NCBI GenBank assembly: GCA_046710535.1
Contig: JBKEHH010000013.1
Span: 3,707-67,706 of the forward strand
Direction of reading: 5' to 3'
DNA: 64,000 bases
Origin: Pseudomonadales bacterium
Lineage (GTDB): Bacteria > Pseudomonadota > Gammaproteobacteria > Pseudomonadales > CAWVSB01
Below the pieces are notes generated by a model. That model had not been told where the DNA came from and made no database searches. It saw only the letters and a program-made list of their open reading frames with translations. The stretch's first letter is position 1; each line of letters opens with the position of its first letter. Shown here in pieces: positions 18,643-27,609 of this stretch. Position numbers and translations under genes: made by a program.

Positions 18643-19887
18643 ATGAAATTATCGGGCATACAAAACTTAGCCAAACTAGCCGTCGTATTTACGCTACTAA
18701 TTTGCAGCGGGCAAATACAAGCCGATGGCATTGACGCAAAAGAATTTGCGTTAGCTAGTAATTGTCCGCCAAGTTTTGAAAAAATGCCGAATAACACTTG
18801 TGAGCTAAGAACCGTTTACCAATTTTATGACTCGCTAGGCGATCATGGTATTGGCGGCCTGCAAACTTCGCTGCCAACAGAGCGCGACGGCTTTAGCCCT
18901 GAGCAAATTGATCTTGGCCGCTACTTATTTTTTGACCCTCTGCTATCTGGCGATGGCACATTGTCGTGCGCCAGCTGCCACCAGCCGGACAAAGGTTTTG
19001 CTGACGGCAGAGCACTTAGTGTAGGCATTAATGGCGCCCTTGCCACTCGCAGTGCGCCCACACTGTGGAATGTAGCCTTTCTAAAGAGTTTTTTTTGGGA
19101 TGCACGCGCCTCAACACTCGAAGAACAAGTTGTCGGGCCATTATATAGCCCGATTGAAATGGGTAATAACCCGGTAAAACTATTAAGCGACTTAAATAGT
19201 AATGAGTTATATACAAAACTATTTAACGGCGCATTTCCCAATAGCAGTGAAGCAATAACCCTAAAGGAAATCTACACCTCAATTATTGCTTTTCAAACCT
19301 CACTGATTTCGCTTAACAGTCGCTATGACCAATATGCCCACGGCAACCATAACGCCTTAAGCCCGAGTGAATTAGAAGGCATGAATATTTATCGCTCGTT
19401 TGTGGCTCGTTGTAGCGAATGTCATACCCCGCCGCTATTCACCAACCAACAGATAGCGGTTATTGGCACGCCAGAGCCTGCAGGCATGCCATTAGATATT
19501 GGTGCAGAGCAAACTTATAACGCCCCCAAACTTAAAGGCGGCTTTAAAGTACCCACCTTACGTAATATAGAAAAAACCGCGCCCTATATGCATTCAGGTC
19601 ATTTTGAAACTTTGCGCGAGTCAGTAGAATTTTATACAAAAGGCCGCGGCCATGCGGTGCCAGAAGGCGTTGCAATGCAATTGCATTGGCACATTTGGGA
19701 GCCCGATTTAACCGAAGATGAACTAGATAGAATTGTCGATTTTCTTCTTACTTTAACTGACGAAACATTTATGCCGGTGACGCCTAATAAAGTGCCATCG
19801 GGTTTAATACCGCTGAATAATCCAAAAGATTATTCAACAGAATTATCACATTCAATAATAAAACTAAAACAAGAGGAACGGTCATGA
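18643..19887 (+). CDS. Di-haem cytochrome c peroxidase family protein (CcpA/MauG-like)
   Basis: Signal peptide. CASCHQP and CSECHTPP haem motifs. GRYLFFDPLLS, FWDARA and PTLRNI blocks typical of the CCP/MauG family. Confidence 0.9.
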   Translation: MKLSGIQNLAKLAVVFTLLICSGQIQADGIDAKEFALASNCPPSFEKMPNNTCELRTVYQFYDSLGDHGIGGLQTSLPTERDGFSPEQIDLGRYLFFDPLLSGDGTLSCASCHQPDKGFADGRALSVGINGALATRSAPTLWNVAFLKSFFWDARASTLEEQVVGPLYSPIEMGNNPVKLLSDLNSNELYTKLFNGAFPNSSEAITLKEIYTSIIAFQTSLISLNSRYDQYAHGNHNALSPSELEGMNIYRSFVARCSECHTPPLFTNQQIAVIGTPEPAGMPLDIGAEQTYNAPKLKGGFKVPTLRNIEKTAPYMHSGHFETLRESVEFYTKGRGHAVPEGVAMQLHWHIWEPDLTEDELDRIVDFLLTLTDETFMPVTPNKVPSGLIPLNNPKDYSTELSHSIIKLKQEERS

Positions 19888-21392
19888 GCATAGGAAAAAT
19901 TTTCGGCTTAGTAGTAATAGCGGCAGCTTTTGCCGCTGGTGCTTACTACGGTGAAACAACCAGTTCTGCAGCCCCCACTATTACATCAAACGAGGGCCCT
20001 AGTTATGGCGGCAGTGAAACTAACACCGCGCAGCTAGGTAAAAGTGCTGTTATTAAGCGCACTAGCGAAGGCACAATTCATGTGGTTGAAGACGGTCAGT
20101 CAATCCAAGATGCCGTAAAGAAAGCTCAGCCTGGCGACACTATCCAGGTAATGCCGGGTACCTATTCTGAAACTGTTTATATCGATAAAGATGATATTCG
20201 TTTGGTTGGAGTAATTATAGAAGGTAAGCGGGCCACCCTTGATGGCCTAGGTAAACTAAACGATGCGATTTTGTATTCGGGTAATAATATTGTGATAGAA
20301 AACTTCCGCATTACCAAATACAAAGGCAACGGTATTATGGGGCAGGCGGGTAATAATTTTGAAATCCGCAATAACATTATTGTCGACACTGGCGTTTACG
20401 GTATCTTTCCTCAGTTAGGTCAAAACGGTTTGATTGAATATAATATTGTTAGCGGTATTGAAGACGCGGCTATTTATGTTGGTATGAGCGATAACATTCA
20501 TGTCTCCCACAATGATGTATTTGATAATGTCGCCGGCATTGAAATAGAAAATTCACGCCATGCTATTGTTGAAAATAACTACGTGCATAACAATACCGGT
20601 GGTTTGCTAGCCTTTATTACCCCTGGCCTACCGATAAAAACAACTTTTGACGTTATCTTCCGGAACAACTTAGTTGTTGATAATAACCATGTTAACTTTG
20701 CAGCACCCGGATCAACTGTTGGCGGCATTCTTGCCGGCACAGGTATTCTTATTATGGCTGCCGATGAAGTGATTGTTGAAAACAATATAATTACTGGCAA
20801 CAAAGCAGCGGGTATTATTATTACTGACCACTACAACGCCCCAAATACTACAATTGATCCAGGCTCTGACCCCTATTCAGACAAAGTGATGATTTTAGAT
20901 AACGTAATGGATAACAATGGTTACGATACTGACCCTATAATAAAAGCTTACATGTTGAGCAAGCTTAAAACTGGCAACCCAGATATCGTTCGTATTGGGC
21001 CAACCAAAGACAGCTGCATTGTTAATCGTCACCGCTATGTGACGGTTGGTGTCGACGAAAGCTTTGGCGAGTGCGCGTTTACTAACACTGACAACATTAG
21101 CACTTACTTATTAGCCGAACCTGCCGCGCCACGTGTTATTGCCCCGGGCGAGAAAGGTAAAATTGCATACTTAGGTGTCTGTGCAGGCTGTCATACCTAC
21201 ACTGGGCGGATGATTGGACCACCAGTACAAATTATTCAAGCTTTATATATGGATAACCCAGCGGGCCTTGCTGAATACATAGCGGCGCCAGTTAAAAAGC
21301 GTGACGACTACCCTGAAATGCCGCCACAAAATTACCTAGATGAAGAAACGCGTTTAGCGGTCGCAGAATACATGCTTAGCCGAACTAACTAA
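19884..21392 (+). CDS. Right-handed parallel beta-helix (NosD/PbH1-like) protein with a C-terminal mono-haem cytochrome c domain
   Basis: N-terminal TM/signal anchor. Repeated hydrophobic-Asn ladders (IENFRI, IRNNII, IEYNIV, VSHNDV, VENNYV, FRNNLV, VENNII, ILDNVM). C-terminal CAGCHT plus a PEMPP Met-ligand-like region. The start overlaps the upstream stop (ATGA). Confidence 0.8.
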   Translation: MSIGKIFGLVVIAAAFAAGAYYGETTSSAAPTITSNEGPSYGGSETNTAQLGKSAVIKRTSEGTIHVVEDGQSIQDAVKKAQPGDTIQVMPGTYSETVYIDKDDIRLVGVIIEGKRATLDGLGKLNDAILYSGNNIVIENFRITKYKGNGIMGQAGNNFEIRNNIIVDTGVYGIFPQLGQNGLIEYNIVSGIEDAAIYVGMSDNIHVSHNDVFDNVAGIEIENSRHAIVENNYVHNNTGGLLAFITPGLPIKTTFDVIFRNNLVVDNNHVNFAAPGSTVGGILAGTGILIMAADEVIVENNIITGNKAAGIIITDHYNAPNTTIDPGSDPYSDKVMILDNVMDNNGYDTDPIIKAYMLSKLKTGNPDIVRIGPTKDSCIVNRHRYVTVGVDESFGECAFTNTDNISTYLLAEPAAPRVIAPGEKGKIAYLGVCAGCHTYTGRMIGPPVQIIQALYMDNPAGLAEYIAAPVKKRDDYPEMPPQNYLDEETRLAVAEYMLSRTN

Positions 21393-21409
21393 GCGTTTAT
21401 TTTCAATAC

Positions 21410-21442
21410 AAAAAAAGGGCTGCGATTGCAGCCCTTTTTTTT
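21410..21442. terminator. Bidirectional rho-independent terminator
   Basis: AAAAAAAGGGCTGC-GATT-GCAGCCCTTTTTTTT. Confidence 0.88.
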
Positions 21443-21448
21443 GTCGTG

Positions 21449-21673
21449 TTATTTAAGCTCCAGACTATGTAAAAACTTAAACCGCGGCAGCTCTTTGCCA
21501 TCAATCGCTATCGACTCAATAAACATGCTTAAGGGGCGCACCCATAATGCCATGTCGCCATACAGCGGACGGTAAACCACTAGTTTTTCTTCAGTTTCAC
21601 TGTGAGTGGCCACATCGATTACTTGGTATTTATTACCCTTGTAATGCTCATACACACCGGCTTTAACAGTCAT
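21449..21673 (-). CDS. DUF1653-family protein
   Basis: YEHYKGNKYQVIDVATHSETEEKLVVYRPLY matches the DUF1653 pattern. Confidence 0.8.
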   Translation of the reverse strand: MTVKAGVYEHYKGNKYQVIDVATHSETEEKLVVYRPLYGDMALWVRPLSMFIESIAIDGKELPRFKFLHSLELK

Positions 21674-23550
21674 TATTTACCTTCCAGCTCTTCCCAACGT
21701 CCATAAGCAACTTCTAACGCTTGCTGAGTATCCGCTAGCTGCTTCACAGTCTTATCGATATCAGTCTGCTCACCTTTAAAAAATGCAGGGTCCGACATAA
21801 ATAATTCCAACTCTGCCTGTTTTTTGTCTAAGGTTTCAATCAAGGCCGGTAGTTTATCGAGCTCACGCTGATCGTTATAAGACAATTTCTTGGTAGCCAC
21901 AGCCCCTGCAGCAGCCACAACAGGCTCCACTTTCTTCTCGAGTTTCTTATGCTCAGTGGCTTCAATCAATTTACCACCTTGAGCAACCCAATCACTATAG
22001 CCACCCACATACTCGCCTACCCGGCCATGGCCTTCCAACACTATTATCGAAGTCACCACGTTATCCATAAATTCGCGATCATGGCTAACCAACAACAAAG
22101 TGCCTTTAAACTCTGACAGAATTTCTTCCAGCAGCTCTAGGGTTTCAACATCTAAATCATTGGTCGGTTCATCCAACACTAATATATTGGTGGGTTTACT
22201 AAATAATTTAGCCAATATAGCGCGATTTTGTTCACCGCCTGATAAAGCCTTAACCGGAGTACGCACTCGCTCAGGGGTGAATAAAAAATCACCCAAATAA
22301 CTAATCGCATGACGTGTTTTACCATTTATTTCAATAAAGTCCTGACCACCACAGACATTATCAATCAAGTTTTTCTCTAAATCTAAATGGCCACGTAGCT
22401 GATCAAAATACGCCACATCCATTTTGGTACCAAGTTTTACAATACCTTGATTCGGTTCTAACTCTCCCAATAAAATCTTCAGTAAAGTAGATTTACCCGC
22501 TCCATTTGGCCCCACAATACCTATGCGGTCACCACGTTGAATAGTGGTGGAGAAATCATTAATCAGTATTTCATCACCATAACCATGGGTAACATGCTCA
22601 ATCTCAGCAACAATTTTGCCGGAGCGTTCGGCCGTCTCTACTTTGAAGTCAGCTCTACCTTGTTGCATACGACGATCTTGACGTTCGACTCGTAATGCTT
22701 TCAACGCCCTTACACGGCCTTCATTACGGGTGCGACGCGCTTTGATGCCCTGTCTAATCCAGACTTCTTCTTCGGCTAGTTTTTTATCAAACAAAGCATT
22801 GGCGGTCTCTTCTGCAGCTAACTGTGCTTCTCTAAATTTTAAAAAGCTTTGATAATCTCCTTCCCACTGACGTAAGTGGCCGCGGTCTAATTCAATAATT
22901 TGCTTCGACACATTCTGCAAAAATGAACGATCATGCGTGACAAATAACAATGCGCCTCTATAGTCTTGCAGTTGTTGCTCAAGCCATTCAATAGCCGGAA
23001 TATCCAAATGGTTAGTAGGCTCATCTAGCAACAAAATGTCTGGCTCTACAACCAATGCTTTACCAAGCGCCACCCGCCGGCGCCAACCACCTGACAGTTC
23101 TTTCATTAACTTGTCAGCAGGCAATTGCAGCTGACTAATGATCGTGTCCACCTTCTGCTGCAGTGACCACCCATCGTTGGCCTCAATCTGTTCTTGTACT
23201 TTACCCAAGCGATTCATATCGGCATTAGATTCTGTCACTAAGTGATGAAACTCTTTCAGCAAATCCCCTACCTCACCCAAACCATCGGCGACTGCATCAA
23301 ATACGGTTTGATCATCGCCTATGGGTAAAACTTGATCCAGCCAAGAGACTTTAATACCAGGCCGCAACCAATGCTCACCACCATCAACCGCCAAGATTCC
23401 CGCAATCACCTTAAATAAGGTTGTTTTACCCTCGCCATTACGGCCAAGCAGACCAATACGGTTGCCTTTTTTGAGCGTTAAATCGACCTGATCAAGCAAA
23501 ATACGAGGGCCAAAGTTAAGTGAGGCTTTGTTAAGACGAAGCAAGGGCAT
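21673..23550 (-). CDS. uup: ABC-F ATPase Uup
   Basis: Two ABC cassettes (GRNGEGKTT, GPNGAGKST; two LSGG signatures) plus a C-terminal coiled-coil tail, as in Uup. Confidence 0.92.
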   Translation of the reverse strand: MPLLRLNKASLNFGPRILLDQVDLTLKKGNRIGLLGRNGEGKTTLFKVIAGILAVDGGEHWLRPGIKVSWLDQVLPIGDDQTVFDAVADGLGEVGDLLKEFHHLVTESNADMNRLGKVQEQIEANDGWSLQQKVDTIISQLQLPADKLMKELSGGWRRRVALGKALVVEPDILLLDEPTNHLDIPAIEWLEQQLQDYRGALLFVTHDRSFLQNVSKQIIELDRGHLRQWEGDYQSFLKFREAQLAAEETANALFDKKLAEEEVWIRQGIKARRTRNEGRVRALKALRVERQDRRMQQGRADFKVETAERSGKIVAEIEHVTHGYGDEILINDFSTTIQRGDRIGIVGPNGAGKSTLLKILLGELEPNQGIVKLGTKMDVAYFDQLRGHLDLEKNLIDNVCGGQDFIEINGKTRHAISYLGDFLFTPERVRTPVKALSGGEQNRAILAKLFSKPTNILVLDEPTNDLDVETLELLEEILSEFKGTLLLVSHDREFMDNVVTSIIVLEGHGRVGEYVGGYSDWVAQGGKLIEATEHKKLEKKVEPVVAAAGAVATKKLSYNDQRELDKLPALIETLDKKQAELELFMSDPAFFKGEQTDIDKTVKQLADTQQALEVAYGRWEELEGK

Positions 23551-23633
23551 TAGAAATATCTGCTGTTGGTGTAAAACGGGCGACTATTATAGCCAGACAA
23601 TAGTTAAGATGCTGAATTAGTTTTAAGGGAATT

Positions 23634-23661
23634 AAAAAAGCCCCGACGAATCGAGGCTTTT
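23634..23661 (-). terminator. Rho-independent terminator downstream of the binding-protein pseudogene
   Basis: On the minus strand, AAAAGCCTCGA-TTCG-TCGGGGCTTTTTT: stem with one mismatch, followed by a T-run. Confidence 0.6.
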
Positions 23662-23694
23662 ATCACAACTACATCGAATACTATGGCAGTAAAG

Positions 23695-24496
23695 CTATCC
23701 AACCGCTGTTTTCAACCATTTTTCATTTAGGCTTTTAGTAATTCCTATTTTTTCAAAAGTATTTAGGTAATTTGTTACTAAATTTTCGAATTGCGCATCA
23801 TCTTTAATCATGGCTATTCCAATTGGCTCAATTGATAGAGGCGTTTTATTAGTTATCAAGCCAGAGTCAGGATTACGCAGTACAGATAGCTTAGCAATAG
23901 TCATGTCAGCAATCATCGCGTCCACATCTCCCGCTAGTAATAATTTAACGCCTTCTTCGTAATCTGAAATTGTTTTTAGTTTGGCTTTAGGCAATTGCAT
24001 TCTTGCAAAGCTCGCACTGGTTGAGTTTTCTAACGCAACGATACGTACATCGGGATTATTAAAATCAACATCTTTACCTTTTTCAGCATTAGTACGAGTC
24101 GTTAGCATCGACTTGCCAGAAATATTGTAGGCCCGATAAAGGTAAGCTCTTGCGTACGCTCACTAGTAATTGCCATACCGGAAATCACTAAATCTGCTTT
24201 ACCTTTTATAACCGCTTCTTTTAGTTCACCAAATGGTAGTTGCACAATTTCTAATCTACTTGCATGGTATTAGCTAGATAGTTGGCTAAATCTACATCGT
24301 AGCCAATCATCTTTTTGTTGCGGCTCATCACGTTAAATGGAGGCTGATCACCTGACATTGCAACTTTTAGCACCTTGTCTTTTAACACTCGGTCTAAAAT
24401 GGGGCTAGACGACAATGCTTGCGTACTTAATGTTAGCGCTAGTAAACCAGCAATAACGTAAGAAACAGCCTTAAAACCTTTGAATAACTTAACCAT
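23695..24496 (-). pseudogene. Periplasmic amino-acid-type substrate-binding protein (SBP family 3) with two frameshifts
   Basis: Three consecutive frame segments together read like one SBP. (1) MVKLFKG...KVLKVAMSGDQPPFNV...DVDLANYLANTMQVD*. (2) LEIVQLPFGELKEAVIKGKADLVISGMAITSERTQELTFIGP. (3) YNISGKSMLTTRTNAEKG...IADMTIAKL...IEPIGIAMIKDD. The frame changes lie near 24252-24256 and 24128-24134. Confidence 0.8.
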
Positions 24497-24583
24497 GTAG
24501 CCATCCTTTATTGAATTATTATAAAATATGACTGTATTATTAATGCAAAGAAGATTACTAAGGCTACTATTGAATGTCTACCA

Positions 24584-25066
24584 ATGGTGCCTTATATGAG
24601 TAACATAATGAACAATAACTGTCAGTGCGGTTGCGGCAGCACAAAATTTTCTATTTCAGCGCCAGCTATTATTAGAGCCTATTGTCATTGCACCATATGC
24701 CAAAAATTTAACGATGCACCATTTGCTGATGTAGTCATCTATAGAAAAAGAGATGTATCGTTAGAAGATGAGACAAAAATTGAATTTAATACCTACAAAG
24801 CGCCACCGGCGTTACAACGCGGCAAGTGTAAATCATGCGGTAAGCCTGCTATCGAATTTTTAAATGTTCCGCTTCTTCCTCGCCTAGTTGTTGTACCTGT
24901 CGAAGTTATTGGTGAGGACGTAAAAATACCTGAGCCTTCATGTCATTTATTTTATAATCAAAGGCATCAAGACCATATTGATGGTCTGCCCCAACACTCT
25001 GGCTTTTTAACAAGCCAACTGGGCTTAACCTATCGCATAGTTAAACACCTACTATTTGGAAAATAA
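24584..25066 (+). CDS. GFA/CENP-V family Zn-binding protein (glutathione-dependent formaldehyde-activating-like)
   Basis: CQCGCGSTKF...CHCTICQK and CKSCG cysteine pattern. Confidence 0.8.
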   Translation: MVPYMSNIMNNNCQCGCGSTKFSISAPAIIRAYCHCTICQKFNDAPFADVVIYRKRDVSLEDETKIEFNTYKAPPALQRGKCKSCGKPAIEFLNVPLLPRLVVVPVEVIGEDVKIPEPSCHLFYNQRHQDHIDGLPQHSGFLTSQLGLTYRIVKHLLFGK

Positions 25067-25400
25067 TTAATATAGCTATAGTTAAATTAACGATGTTCAG
25101 TGATAAACGCAGCTGGCCACGGCTATTAAGACGCCACGGTTTTACCGCAATTAAAGCCAGAACGCTGATTTTCATTATTGTGCTAGGGCAACATCAAAAC
25201 ACAATGACTGCGTAACTATTAGATATACCCACTCAATACTAAGACTATTCGAAACGCGCCAACTTTATATCACTGATATTAACCACTGTCGTTAAACTAT
25301 CTTTTAGTTTCATCAATATCATGCTATCCGTTATGATTAGTGCTACAAAATTCAATGACAGCATTTAGCTGGCAACAATAAAGTAATAAAGAGGTCTACA

Positions 25401-27554
25401 ATGCGCCTTCTCCTGTTAATTCTAAGCTTTGGTTTAGTACTCGCCGGCTGTAATCCAACTGAAAACTCAGCACCTCAAACTGATGTGACCAGTGATTTAA
25501 TTGCACCCGTTGATGCTGAGCGAATTATCAACGCCGACCAAACACCAGGCGAATGGCTTAGCCATGGCCGTACTTACAGCGAGCAACGCTTTAGTCCACT
25601 GGCGAAAATAGATGATAAAAATGTTAGTCAATTAGGCTTAGCTTGGTATTTTGATCTACCGACTAAACGTGGTATTGAAACCACCCCCCTAATTGCCGAC
25701 GGAATAATGTATTTTACTGGAAGCTGGAGCATGGTATACGCTATGGACGCGCGTACCGGCAAATTACTGTGGGAATACGACCCAAAAGTAGATCGCGCAT
25801 GGGCTAAAAACCTCTGCTGTGATGTTGTTAACCGCGGCGTCGCCTTATGGGGCGACAAAACTTATGTTGGCACCCTCGATGGACGCCTGATTGCATTAGA
25901 TCGTGACACCGGCAAAGTAGCCTGGGAAGTTGAGACACGAATCAATACCACTGATGCCTACAGTATTACTGGAGCCCCTCGGATTATTAATGGCAATGTC
26001 ATTATTGGTAACGGCGGTGCTGAGTACTCTGTAAGAGGCTATGTCACCGCCTACGATGCTGAGTCCGGTAAGAAAAATTGGCGTTTTTATACCGTACCCG
26101 GTAATCCAAGTGAAGGCTTTGAAGACGACACGCAAGCAATGATTGCCAAAACATGGACTGGTGAATGGTGGAAAAACGGTAAAGGCGGCGGTACTGCATG
26201 GGATTCTTTTGCCTACGATGAAAAACTAAATCTACTTTATATAGGTGTTGGTAATGGCGCCAACTGGAGTCAGCAAGTACGCTCACCAGAGGGTGGCGAA
26301 AACCTATTTATATCGTCTATTGTTGCAGTAAACCCGGATACTGGTGAGTACGTATGGCACTACCAAACAACTCCTGGTGATAGCTGGGACTACACTGCGA
26401 CTCAGCACATGATTTTGGCTGAACTAGAAATAGATGGGCGCAAACGCGATGTTATTATGCAGGCACCAAAAAATGGTTTCTTTTATGTAATAGACCGCGC
26501 CAGTGGAGAGTTAATTAGCGCTAATAATTATGTAACGGTTACCTGGGCAAGTCATATAGATCCTGAATCTGGTCGCCCTGTTGAAACAGAAATAGCGCGC
26601 GCAGCCGACCCTAGTAAATTAATATTTCCGAGTTTAAGCGGCGGTCATAATTGGCATCCCATGAGCTATAGCCCGGCAACAGGCCTAGTTTATATCCCCG
26701 CAAAAGAATCTTTTTCGGCATTTAAATTAGATGCAAACCCAGACAAATATAAAGCCGAGGGTTATGGCCTCGATTATGACACAGGCTTGTTATTTGGTGT
26801 TCCGGACGAGCTGACTAGTGAACAGCGCGAAGGAATCTATACGCAAGCGGCGCAAGCCCAACTAATTGCTTGGGACCCGATAAAAAATGAAGAAGTATGG
26901 CGCAAGCAACAAGGCGCTTATTCTGGCAGCGGCATTTTAACTACTAGGGGTAATTTGATATTTCAGGGTAACTTAGAAGGTAAATTTTACGCGCTTGCTG
27001 CCGATACTGGCAATGAGGTTTGGAGCCAAGATGTGCAAGGCGGCGTTATGGGATCGCCGGTCAGTTATGAGTTAGATGGAGAGCAATATATTGCCGTTGT
27101 GCAGGGCTGGGGTGGCGAGTCTGGGTTAAGTTTTGGAGTGATAACTGGACACTTAAACTTTATCAATGTCAGCCGTTTGCTCGTTTATAAACTAGGCGCT
27201 AATACGGCGCTACCTAGAGTTGAAGTTGTTGAACAGGCATTACCTATGCCAACACTAGAACAAAGTGATGCTGAAGTTATTGCGCAAGGAAATTATATTT
27301 ACCACAACCATTGTGCGGGTTGTCACGGCGGCAATGCTACCAGTGCAGGCATGATTCCAGACTTACGTTACAGCATTAATATTATCGCTCCAGCATGGAA
27401 AGCCATCGTGATAGACGGCGCCCTAGAAGGTAATGGGATGCCTAACTGGAGTGAATATTTAGATATTGAAGAGATGGAAAAAGTTAAAGCCTATGTAGTA
27501 CATGAAGCAAAACTTGGCTTTGAACGCGGCGAGAAGCGAATGGTAAAGAAATAA
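25401..27554 (+). CDS. PQQ-dependent quinohaemoprotein alcohol dehydrogenase (type II ADH-like), lipoprotein
   Basis: Lipobox LAGC. PQQ beta-propeller W-motifs. NLCCDVVNRG (the vicinal Cys-Cys of the methanol/ethanol family). C-terminal CAGCHG cytochrome c domain. Confidence 0.9.
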   Translation: MRLLLLILSFGLVLAGCNPTENSAPQTDVTSDLIAPVDAERIINADQTPGEWLSHGRTYSEQRFSPLAKIDDKNVSQLGLAWYFDLPTKRGIETTPLIADGIMYFTGSWSMVYAMDARTGKLLWEYDPKVDRAWAKNLCCDVVNRGVALWGDKTYVGTLDGRLIALDRDTGKVAWEVETRINTTDAYSITGAPRIINGNVIIGNGGAEYSVRGYVTAYDAESGKKNWRFYTVPGNPSEGFEDDTQAMIAKTWTGEWWKNGKGGGTAWDSFAYDEKLNLLYIGVGNGANWSQQVRSPEGGENLFISSIVAVNPDTGEYVWHYQTTPGDSWDYTATQHMILAELEIDGRKRDVIMQAPKNGFFYVIDRASGELISANNYVTVTWASHIDPESGRPVETEIARAADPSKLIFPSLSGGHNWHPMSYSPATGLVYIPAKESFSAFKLDANPDKYKAEGYGLDYDTGLLFGVPDELTSEQREGIYTQAAQAQLIAWDPIKNEEVWRKQQGAYSGSGILTTRGNLIFQGNLEGKFYALAADTGNEVWSQDVQGGVMGSPVSYELDGEQYIAVVQGWGGESGLSFGVITGHLNFINVSRLLVYKLGANTALPRVEVVEQALPMPTLEQSDAEVIAQGNYIYHNHCAGCHGGNATSAGMIPDLRYSINIIAPAWKAIVIDGALEGNGMPNWSEYLDIEEMEKVKAYVVHEAKLGFERGEKRMVKK

Positions 27555-27562
27555 CCGCTGGG

Positions 27563-27599
27563 CAATAAAAAGGGAGCTAACTGCTCCCTTTTTATTGCG
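27563..27599. terminator. Perfectly palindromic bidirectional terminator
   Basis: GCAATAAAAAGGGAGC-TAACT-GCTCCCTTTTTATTGC. Confidence 0.88.
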
Positions 27600-27609
27600 T
27601 TGAAACTAA

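Noticed and set aside
25094-25216. 40-codon ORF (MFSDKRSWPRLLRRHGFTAIKARTLIFIIVLGQHQNTMTA) upstream of the PQQ-ADH gene, considered as a possible PqqA-like peptide
   Set aside because: It has no E-x3-Y PqqA motif, no SD, and a length and composition unlike PqqA. It is probably non-coding.
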